Positions 6,609 to 13,865 of a stretch of DNA of 34,902 bases are shown one piece after another. Each line of letters opens with the position of its first letter. Position 1 is the first letter of the stretch. This DNA is from a virus. A program made the translations under genes and the position numbers. The notes beneath the pieces were generated by a model. That model was not told the origin of the DNA and searched no databases. It worked only from the letters and a program-made list of their open reading frames with translations. The stretch lies in IMG/VR virus record IMGVR_UViG_3300021956_000005, one strand, 5' to 3'.

Positions 6609-7646
6609 ATGGCCACCATCCGCAAGCGCCCGTCCGGGAGCTACGAAGTCACCATCCGCCGTAAGCTCCTGCCCCGGCCGATTTCCGTCTCGGCCGAGAC
6701 TGAAACTCAGGCCAAGGCCCTGGCTGAGCGCATCGAGGCGCAGCTCGATCTCGGCATCATTCCCGAAGATTTTCTGACCCTCCAGCCCCGCTCGTTCTGG
6801 AATGTCTCCAGCTGGACCGAAGAATACGAAAAATCCGGCAAACCCTCGGCCTCAGATCGCCCTCTGTTGAAAATCGTGCGCTCCGATCTCAAGACCCTGG
6901 CACTTAAGGATCTCAATCCAGTGAACCTTGAAAAGTGGATTCAGGCCATGAGGGCCCGGCGATTGAGACCCGGCAGCATCAAAAAGCGGGTGGGGGCCCT
7001 AGGCCGGTCGCTGGATCTCGCCGTACACCGCGAAATCCTGGTCTTTAACCCGATCCGGAATCTGCCCAAGAACTATGCCGCCTACAGCGAAGCCGATGGC
7101 GAAATCATCGAGGATGGCGTCCGCGATCGGCGGCTGGAACCCGGTGAAGAGGCGCGCCTCGATGCGCAGCTGCAACCTCATCCCGATCTCTGGCTCCTAT
7201 TTCATCTAGCTCTGGAGACCGCCATGCGGATGCGCGAAATGTTTACCCTGACCCTCGACCAGGTCGACCTTAAAAAACGCACGATTTTTCTGCAGAAAAC
7301 CAAGAACGGCGACAAACGCCAGGTGCCCTTGAGTTCGATAGCCCTCGGCTTTTTAACGGAGCGGATTCAGGGGGCCGATCCCAGCGCCCTGCTCTTTCCC
7401 TATTTTGATGGCCATCTCGATAACACCACCCGACGCATCAGCTATTACTGGTCCTCGATCACCGAAAAAGCGGGCATCGAAGACCTTCATTTTCATGATT
7501 TGCGTCATGAGGCCACCTGTCGCCTGTTTGAGCGGACCCCCATGTCGGATCTTGAAATTGCCACCATCACCGGTCATCGGGATCCCCGCATGCTCAAGCG
7601 CTATGCCAATTTGAGGGGCTCAGATCTGGCGCAGAAAATGTGGTGA
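6609..7646 (+). CDS. int: Tyrosine recombinase / phage integrase
   Basis: ETAMRMREM (Arg I), HFHDLRHEATCRL (H-x-x-R), GHRDPRMLKRYANL (His/Tyr). N-terminal SAM-like arm. Adjacent to xis and attP. Confidence 0.95.
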   Translation: MATIRKRPSGSYEVTIRRKLLPRPISVSAETETQAKALAERIEAQLDLGIIPEDFLTLQPRSFWNVSSWTEEYEKSGKPSASDRPLLKIVRSDLKTLALKDLNPVNLEKWIQAMRARRLRPGSIKKRVGALGRSLDLAVHREILVFNPIRNLPKNYAAYSEADGEIIEDGVRDRRLEPGEEARLDAQLQPHPDLWLLFHLALETAMRMREMFTLTLDQVDLKKRTIFLQKTKNGDKRQVPLSSIALGFLTERIQGADPSALLFPYFDGHLDNTTRRISYYWSSITEKAGIEDLHFHDLRHEATCRLFERTPMSDLEIATITGHRDPRMLKRYANLRGSDLAQKMW

Positions 7647-7672
7647 AAAAAAAAAGGGGGCCCGAAGGCCCC
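7646..7672 (-). terminator. Rho-independent terminator closing the minus-strand late/DGR operon
   Basis: The minus strand reads GGGGCC-TTCG-GGCCCC(C) followed by T10. The plus strand has only the A-run before the stem. Confidence 0.8.
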
Positions 7673-7691
7673 AGAATCGCGCTGCTGTGAA

Positions 7692-8174
7692 CTAGATTTC
7701 AATTTTGGCGGCTTCAATGAACAATAGATCCAAATCGCTATCCGACCATCCCATGCCGGCAGCAATCGAAAGCAACATTGGTGATTCGCGCCGATACTCG
7801 ATGGCATTAGTCCAGGCCAGTTTGACCAAGGGATCGGTGGAGGCATTGACGTAAGCCTCCACTGCATCGAGCGAGCCTTCCTGCAATAACACGGCCTTGG
7901 CCTGTAGCGGTGAGACGGCTTGCGGCACCTCGCTGGGTGGCGGTGTCCAGGTCGGCAATGCCGGCGGCTGGGCATTCGGGAAATCCGCGCGAGTTAGGCC
8001 ATAGCGCCCAATCACGCTATTGTCCTCAATTGCCACAAAACGGCGGTTGATGTCATCGCGCTGGATCAGCCACAGGCTTCCTTCTAAAAGCTGCATGAAT
8101 TCCGCATGCTCCACAGTCCCCTCCAGGGCGTCCAAATCCTCACGGGTGTTAATGATGGTCGTGGCCAAGCTCAT
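7692..8174 (-). CDS. Hypothetical protein (160 aa) immediately downstream of, and overlapping, the DGR RT gene
   Basis: The ATG at 8174 is preceded by GGAG and overlaps the RT 3' end by 26 nt. It is the last gene before the terminator. It has a Pro-rich linker (PPALPTWTPPPSEVPQ). No family recognised with confidence. Confidence 0.55.
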   Translation of the reverse strand: MSLATTIINTREDLDALEGTVEHAEFMQLLEGSLWLIQRDDINRRFVAIEDNSVIGRYGLTRADFPNAQPPALPTWTPPPSEVPQAVSPLQAKAVLLQEGSLDAVEAYVNASTDPLVKLAWTNAIEYRRESPMLLSIAAGMGWSDSDLDLLFIEAAKIEI

Positions 8175-9165
8175 AATGACTCTCCAGGTAATGCAACAGA
8201 TGGTGGGTATCCGCCCAGCGGGCATGTCCTGCCCAGGCGGCAATGAATTGATTCAGCGCCACGGGATCCCTATGGGTGATGGCGTTCTGAATTTTGCGTT
8301 TGGCCCGGATGACGGAATCCTTGCGTAACAATTTATGCGTAGGCCAAATCCGGTAGCCGAGGAAATTGATGCCGCGGGACGTATTAGCCACCTGCCATTT
8401 GCTGATGCGAAGCCCGAGCTGGGTTTCGGCAAAGGTGCTCATGCGGGTGAACGTCTCACGCAGCGATTCCGAATCCTGACCCAGCACAATGATGTCGTCC
8501 ATGTAGCGGGCCCAGTGCCGTTCCTCGAGATCAAAATGCAAGAACCGATCGACCGCGCCGCCATAGACATTGGCAAACAGCTGCGAGGTCAGGCTCCCAA
8601 TCGGAAGGCCCTGCCCTTGAGGTGGAATAATTTCCCGCAATACAGCCAAAGTCTGAGGGCAACCAATCTTCTTTTCGATCATCCGATGCAAGACCGCATG
8701 CTGAATGCTCGGAAAAAACTTTCGAAAATCGGTTTTTAAAAAATGCGTCGCTTGAGTCTTCCGAAGGCGTGACTGAATATGACGCACCCCGGCATGGGTC
8801 CCAAGCCCAGGGCGACACGCAAAGGTATAAGGCAATAGGCTTTTCTCGAAGATTGGGCCAATGACGTTGCAGACTGCATGCTGAACCAGGCGATCTTTGA
8901 AGCCCAGAGCCGAAATCAGTCGCGGCTTGGGTTCAAAGATGGTGAATTCTCGATAAGGGCCGATCTGATATCGGCCTTCCAAAAGCTCATCCTGAATCTG
9001 TTTCAGATGCAGCTGATCGTATTCCTTGAAATTGAGATAGCCCCACGTCAGCCGCTTGCGTTGCGTGGTTCGAAAATAGGCCTGCCGCAGATTGGCCATA
9101 TCGGCAATCTTTGGCATCAATTGATAGTGAGGGGCGCTCATGAATGCTGGCCGCGCTTTTCCCAT
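8149..9165 (-). CDS. DGR reverse transcriptase
   Basis: RT motifs include LPIGSLTSQLFANVY (the DGR-type I/LGxxxSQ motif) and YMDDIIVLG (catalytic YxDD). The gene lies directly downstream of avd and TR. Alternative start at 9141. Confidence 0.93.
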   Translation of the reverse strand: MGKARPAFMSAPHYQLMPKIADMANLRQAYFRTTQRKRLTWGYLNFKEYDQLHLKQIQDELLEGRYQIGPYREFTIFEPKPRLISALGFKDRLVQHAVCNVIGPIFEKSLLPYTFACRPGLGTHAGVRHIQSRLRKTQATHFLKTDFRKFFPSIQHAVLHRMIEKKIGCPQTLAVLREIIPPQGQGLPIGSLTSQLFANVYGGAVDRFLHFDLEERHWARYMDDIIVLGQDSESLRETFTRMSTFAETQLGLRISKWQVANTSRGINFLGYRIWPTHKLLRKDSVIRAKRKIQNAITHRDPVALNQFIAAWAGHARWADTHHLLHYLESHYELGHDHH

Positions 9166-9288
9166 CCGTGGTACTCAGCGCTCTGCCAGACCCTGAAACG
9201 TGTTCCCCGAAGGAGGATCCCACCGGCTGACCACATGTTGAAGTGGACGGCCTGCTGAGCCTTGACCGCAGCAGAGCGAAGATCATGT

Positions 9289-9408
9289 GTCACAGGCGCA
9301 CCGCAACCCGATGTTGTTGTTCGAGTTCGAGGCAGCGTTGTTCCAGTTCGACGAACGCGAACCGCAGTTCGCCCCGTTGTTCCAGTTGCCGCCAAAGATC
9401 GCCGCGTT
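9289..9408 (-). repeat. DGR template repeat (TR), 120 bp
   Basis: It aligns without gaps to 9838..9957. In the coding sense it carries 12 AAC codons and starts at the avd stop codon. Confidence 0.9.
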
Positions 9409-9796
9409 AATTCCCGGTAGACCCCTGCTTTTTCTTCCGTTTGATCCACATGTTCAACATCCCGCCGACCTCGCTGACCAGTCCCTGGGCAAACTCGAGT
9501 TGATGATGGCTCATGCAGCGCTGAACGTGAAGAAATCGCATCCAAAAGCGAAGATGCGCGAGTCCCGCATCTGCCGCGTAAAGCTTGCCGACCTGATTGG
9601 ATTTTCCGGCCTGAAAGAACAGGTCCGGTTGCCGCATCAGGCATTGCAGAAACAGATCGCGGGCCACGCCATGCTTTCGAGGTATCGACTGAGCAATCGG
9701 GTAAAGATACCCAATCACGCGTTCGAATTTCTCGACAATGGCCATTTGGTCGTAGCATGCGATCTGCTCATCCGGTTGTTGGGGTTCGTCGCTCAT
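9407..9796 (-). CDS. avd: Accessory variability determinant (Avd)
   Basis: A 129-aa basic helical protein (KFERVIGYLYPIAQSIPRKHGVARDLF ... LRFWMRFL) in the canonical position between target gene and TR. It resembles the Avd / 23S-rRNA-IVS four-helix-bundle family. Confidence 0.8.
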   Translation of the reverse strand: MSDEPQQPDEQIACYDQMAIVEKFERVIGYLYPIAQSIPRKHGVARDLFLQCLMRQPDLFFQAGKSNQVGKLYAADAGLAHLRFWMRFLHVQRCMSHHQLEFAQGLVSEVGGMLNMWIKRKKKQGSTGN

Positions 9797-9803
9797 CCTG
9801 AGC

Positions 9804-9819
9804 GGGCGCTTTCGCGCCC
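9804..9819 (-). promoter_or_regulatory. GC hairpin with GAAA tetraloop just 3' of the VR-bearing gene
   Basis: The minus strand reads GGGCGC-GAAA-GCGCCC, a 6-bp perfect stem. It begins 1 nt after the target-gene stop codon and ends 7 nt before the avd ATG. Confidence 0.7.
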
Positions 9820-11463
9820 TTAATCAAGGATCAGGTGGTCACAGGCGCACCGCAACCCGATGGTGCTGCTCGAGGTCGAGGCAGCGTTGTCCCAGAGCGA
9901 CGAACGCGACCCGCAGCCCGCCCCGGTGCCCCAGGCGCCGCCAAAGAGCGCCGCGTTGGGTGGGTTATACGATTGGCCACGACCCCCGGTATCGGACTGC
10001 CAGGCGGCTGTGGTGTTATAGGGTCCGCCGCGTTCCTGTCCCCAGACCCACATGACGCCGGTGGCCTGAATCAGGCCCCATTTGGAGGTATAGGCTGCAT
10101 TCAGAATGGTCGAGCCTTGATCGGTCCCGATGGAGGAGCCTTCGGTCGTTCCATAGGCTGCTGCCATGAATTCCGATTGGAACAAAGGTCGCTTGCCATA
10201 GGCATGGGCGACTTCCTGCGCTTCAAACCAGGTCAAAGAACCGTAGGCGGTCGAGCCATTGCCGCCATAGAGCGTCGGGATCTTTGGGGGTGAGGAGCCA
10301 TCCGCAATGGTGACGTTATATTTCGAGGTGCCATTGGTCCCGGGATCGGTATTGGTCAGATAAATATCGGCCCAGAAGCCACCCGCGATCAGCGCCATGC
10401 CGCGCGGATCGGGACAGGCCGGTCGGAATTTCAAATCCCAGAAGGAATACTGATTAATCTGTGCGGTCGTATTGCCGCCTGTCGTGCCCGTGGCATTGCC
10501 GCCCGGCGCATAGTGGAATCCGCCGACCTTACGCGCCCCCGTTGTGGGAGGTGAGGTGTGATTGGTGGTGGCCTCTAAAGTGCCATCGGTTTTGGCCCAG
10601 ATGGCATAGTCGGTGCCGGCTGTGGCGGTACCAGGCATCGTCACCACCGTACCCGAGGCAATCGTCTTGATGGCGCCATTGACCTCGACATACAGCGCGG
10701 TCTGCGTTGAGACCGTAAAGTTGCCGGTTTTACTGAAAAGAACGACCGTGGGATCGGCTTTTCGAAACAGGCCATACCCCGGCGCCAAGGCGGCAATGGC
10801 CTGAGCAATCCGCAATGGCGTCATGGTTCGAAGTGCCGTAACGCTTCCAGCCTCCATCTCGGCCTGTGTGGCTGCGGTTTGAGCCAAAAGACTGGCTGTG
10901 ACATCAACATCGACCGTCATCGTCTTGGCGGTTGTTCCTCCTTGAAGAAGAAAACCGACTGCTTGGGGCGTGACGCCCAGCCCAGGAGCTCCCCGCGCAC
11001 CGGTTAGGGAGATATTCCAATCGGCTTTGCTTGTGGATCCTGAAATGACTTGAATGTCAATGGTGAGCTGATCGGCGGCATAGGCCGTAACTTGGCCAAA
11101 ACCCCAAATGCTGGGCGCCGAAGCCGAAACCACAGTGACAAAAATACCCGCCGTATATTGCTCACCTGCCTGAACCGTAAAGGTTTTAGAGCCAATGACT
11201 GGTGACCATGCGGTAGTCGATGTTGAGACAAAGGCGCCGGCAATCGCCGCGGCTGAGGCGGCGCTGGCTGAGGCAGCTGCTGCGGAAGCTGCGGCTTCCG
11301 TTGCTTTGGTGACCGTATTGGCGGCAACGGCGACCGTTTGTGCCAGGGCAGGAACAAAACGCGTCCGATGGCCACCATTGGCTAGTCCGGTGCTGGGATT
11401 GCTGTCATCGGTAACGGTTGAGCCGTCACCACCAACTGAGGTTGCGAATGTAACGCTGCTCAC
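9820..11463 (-). CDS. DGR target: tail fibre / receptor-binding protein with C-terminal C-type-lectin (FGE-sulfatase-like) fold
   Basis: It is the last gene of the tail module. It has an Ala-rich N-terminal helix. The C-terminus carries GVMWVWGQE ... FGGAWG ... GLRCA, which resemble CLec-fold DGR variable proteins (Mtd-like). It contains the VR. Confidence 0.88.
   Translation of the reverse strand: MSSVTFATSVGGDGSTVTDDSNPSTGLANGGHRTRFVPALAQTVAVAANTVTKATEAAASAAAASASAASAAAIAGAFVSTSTTAWSPVIGSKTFTVQAGEQYTAGIFVTVVSASAPSIWGFGQVTAYAADQLTIDIQVISGSTSKADWNISLTGARGAPGLGVTPQAVGFLLQGGTTAKTMTVDVDVTASLLAQTAATQAEMEAGSVTALRTMTPLRIAQAIAALAPGYGLFRKADPTVVLFSKTGNFTVSTQTALYVEVNGAIKTIASGTVVTMPGTATAGTDYAIWAKTDGTLEATTNHTSPPTTGARKVGGFHYAPGGNATGTTGGNTTAQINQYSFWDLKFRPACPDPRGMALIAGGFWADIYLTNTDPGTNGTSKYNVTIADGSSPPKIPTLYGGNGSTAYGSLTWFEAQEVAHAYGKRPLFQSEFMAAAYGTTEGSSIGTDQGSTILNAAYTSKWGLIQATGVMWVWGQERGGPYNTTAAWQSDTGGRGQSYNPPNAALFGGAWGTGAGCGSRSSLWDNAASTSSSTIGLRCACDHLILD
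9838..9957 (-). repeat. DGR variable repeat (VR), 120 bp, last 40 full codons before the 6-codon tail of the target gene
   Basis: 104/120 identical to TR. 15 of the 16 differences sit at TR adenines (coding sense). The invariant 3' part encodes IGLRCACD. Confidence 0.9.
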
Positions 11464-12326
11464 GCGATGATCTCCTTGATTTCGTAGGCTGTCGTAAATC
11501 GGACGGGGTCCGGGTTTTCAATCGGGGTCAGTGACCGCAGGCGGCCGAGAAAGCTTTGACGCATCAGGTTATTGCCATCATCCTTATCCCAGATCAGGAG
11601 CACCTCATCGGTGACTCCGAGGATGCGGCTGGCACCCAGCGCCGTTGTCATGGCTTCAGTCTCACCCAGCCAGTCAAGGCCAAAGCGGCAGACGCGATAT
11701 TTAGGTCGCTGATCGTAGTATTCAGCACCACCAATGGCTTCCTCAATCATGGATCCATCCTCATAGCCCAGGCTCCAGCTAAAGGACGCGTTGTTTTCGG
11801 GAAGAAATGAATTGCCGACAAACAGGCGGCCGATTTCCACATAACCATCGCTATTTGTCAGGTCGCTGAACTCAATCAGCCAGTAGCGATAGGTGACAAT
11901 GTTTTCAATAAATTCAAAAGCAAGGCCTGGGTAATAGGCCGCCTCTTCAGGATCCATTTTCCAGGTCCAAAAGGAATCCGATTCCCATTCCAGACCACCA
12001 TAAATGCCATCCGCCATGTCGACCCAAACATCTTTCCAGCCGGAATCATAAAGTGGGGTTGAAAAAGAGGCGCTGGTATTTCCTCGAATGCGGAATTGAG
12101 CTGAAGTGCTGAGGTTGTGGCCTACCACCGCAAACAAGTTCACAATTCGCTCTTTATCAAGCGTGATCTGAAATTGGGTAGAAGCGGTTGCCGTATTGGT
12201 TGATCGCGTTTTCTTGCTAATCCTTCGATCTTGAAGGTTGGTTAAAGGCAGGGAGGCTAGCCAGGATCCGCCCGAGAGCGTGCATTTATCAGCTAGATTC
12301 GGAAACCCCATGATAATGTTTGACAT
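11460..12326 (-). CDS. Putative tail-tip / baseplate structural protein
   Basis: ORF track. It sits between the distal-tail gene and the fibre, with ATGA-type overlap with the fibre gene. No family recognised. Confidence 0.4.
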   Translation of the reverse strand: MSNIIMGFPNLADKCTLSGGSWLASLPLTNLQDRRISKKTRSTNTATASTQFQITLDKERIVNLFAVVGHNLSTSAQFRIRGNTSASFSTPLYDSGWKDVWVDMADGIYGGLEWESDSFWTWKMDPEEAAYYPGLAFEFIENIVTYRYWLIEFSDLTNSDGYVEIGRLFVGNSFLPENNASFSWSLGYEDGSMIEEAIGGAEYYDQRPKYRVCRFGLDWLGETEAMTTALGASRILGVTDEVLLIWDKDDGNNLMRQSFLGRLRSLTPIENPDPVRFTTAYEIKEIIA

Positions 12327-12329
12327 GAT

Positions 12330-13865
12330 TTAGCCCCAAAGCGTGAGATCAAGGGTTCCAATGCGATAGTCGGGCTGTATTCCGATCACCCGGAAAAGCT
12401 TGCCCAAGGTATAACCAAATCGGTCAACCTTGACGGTTACTACATTCCCCAAATCAATGGTGTCAGTCGTGCCTGGCAAAACCTTAACCGTCAGGTTGAT
12501 TCGATCCTTCCTGTTTTTGTATAGATTAAGGCGCCGAGTAGCTTCTGTTTGCGCAGCTCCAGAATCAGTAAGAAGCGAATCGAAAGATAAAACCGGAGAT
12601 AGCAGGTGGGCCGTTAATACAGAAGAATCAGTCGCAAAAACTGTTCGATAGTCTTCAGCTAACCAGGCTTTAAATGCTGCTCCCACTGAAGTGGCCAGGC
12701 CAGATGTAATAACAGTGAAGTTTTTGGCATACCCCAGCCGGACCTGATAGGCCGGCACACCCTTGTCAGTATCTGCAGTTGCGGTTCTTTCAATATCAAT
12801 AATTTCTTGCTGCGTAAAAGTGGCAACAGAAGCGCCTGAAGGGGCATTTAGTTGAGCCATCCGAAATTGTCCGAGTCGATCAAAGCTATACCAGGCGCCA
12901 ACCGAATTACTGAGCGCATCCAATGCCGAATTGATGGTTTCATTTTCACTCAGATAAATTCCAAGGGTAGCGCTACCGGTTGCAGAATCTAGCGCTGTCA
13001 CGTCTGCGGCGACAATATCGCCTGCTGCAATACCACCCGGTCCGGTTACGATTGATTTAATGATTTGAGCTGCGGTTCGATCGGCGGCAACGGAACCCTG
13101 TGTTGCACTAGCCGTGATCGGGCCTGCAGGAGTCGATCCCAGTCGAAAATACCCGCCTGCAAGCCATGCCCGATAGGTGCCAGCCGATGGCGCGTTAGTC
13201 TCCATGTCAGCCTGTGAGCTATAGACTGCTCCAGCGGTCAGAGCAACGCCCTGATCATAGACCTGATCCAAAGAGGCCAACGGGCCATCATTGAGTTGAT
13301 AAATCAATCGCGCCGTGTTCACGATCGGCGGGCTGACGTTAAAAACCTTGCCGTAAAGCTTGGGCTTTGGTTTACCTTTTAAATCATCTGCAGTCCCTTC
13401 AAGGCCCGCAGGTAGTGCATTCGATCCTGCATATAAGGTCGTTTGAATCGGGCGGTCAAGTTCGGCCAGGCGATCCCGAATCCGGATGGTCAGACTTTGC
13501 CAGGTGAATTCTGGCTGCTCCATCGTGCCCTTGATCACGGTTGTAAAGCTGGCGCGGGCTGCTTTGCTATCTCCAAGGAGTACCCTGAAATTGCGGCCGT
13601 CAAAACCGTAATCCGCCATGCTATCGAGCGTTCCAAGGTTCACAAGCTCGATTAGGCCGTAGCCAGTCGTTGAGGCCCCGCCCGTGGATCCTTTAGAAAA
13701 AACATCACGCCGCATCAGGCCGGGCTGTTTAAGTTTTGGCTCATAAAAAGTGCTGGCAGGCGTATCGCTGGCCTTGGACGTAAAGCCATGCGTTGAAAAA
13801 TAAAGAGTTCTGACGCCTGAAATGGACGCGTCGTACGCCTCAATTTCTGCAAGGTAAATCAACAT
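12330..13865 (-). CDS. Putative minor/distal tail protein
   Basis: A 511-aa ORF whose start overlaps the tape-measure stop by 1 nt. The call rests on position. Confidence 0.45.
   Translation of the reverse strand: MLIYLAEIEAYDASISGVRTLYFSTHGFTSKASDTPASTFYEPKLKQPGLMRRDVFSKGSTGGASTTGYGLIELVNLGTLDSMADYGFDGRNFRVLLGDSKAARASFTTVIKGTMEQPEFTWQSLTIRIRDRLAELDRPIQTTLYAGSNALPAGLEGTADDLKGKPKPKLYGKVFNVSPPIVNTARLIYQLNDGPLASLDQVYDQGVALTAGAVYSSQADMETNAPSAGTYRAWLAGGYFRLGSTPAGPITASATQGSVAADRTAAQIIKSIVTGPGGIAAGDIVAADVTALDSATGSATLGIYLSENETINSALDALSNSVGAWYSFDRLGQFRMAQLNAPSGASVATFTQQEIIDIERTATADTDKGVPAYQVRLGYAKNFTVITSGLATSVGAAFKAWLAEDYRTVFATDSSVLTAHLLSPVLSFDSLLTDSGAAQTEATRRLNLYKNRKDRINLTVKVLPGTTDTIDLGNVVTVKVDRFGYTLGKLFRVIGIQPDYRIGTLDLTLWG

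Larger units (their letters stand above)
8149..11463 (-). mobile_element. Diversity-generating retroelement cassette (target-VR / hairpin / avd / TR / spacer / RT)
   Basis: All canonical parts are present in the order of Bordetella phage BPP-1 (mtd-avd-TR-brt). See the individual features. Confidence 0.9.

Noticed and set aside
7601-7975. 124-aa Arg/Pro-rich minus-strand ORF crossing the int stop and terminator
   Set aside because: It is an off-frame overlap with ORF 7692..8174 and runs through the bidirectional hairpin and int 3' end. Its composition (RRHCRPGHRHPARCRKPSHRYRPRP) is characteristic of a wrong frame.
9138-9823. Track ORFs 9138..9758 (-) and 9287..9823 (+) overlapping avd, TR and the spacer
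   Set aside because: They run in alternative frames or antisense to the well-supported avd gene and across the non-coding TR. They have Arg/Pro/Gly-rich junk-like composition typical of off-frame ORFs in GC-rich DNA.
9835-10293. Track ORF 9835..10293 (+) antisense to the fibre gene and VR
   Set aside because: It is antisense to a gene with clear CLec-type motifs. Its Arg/Gly/Pro-rich low-complexity translation has no start context.
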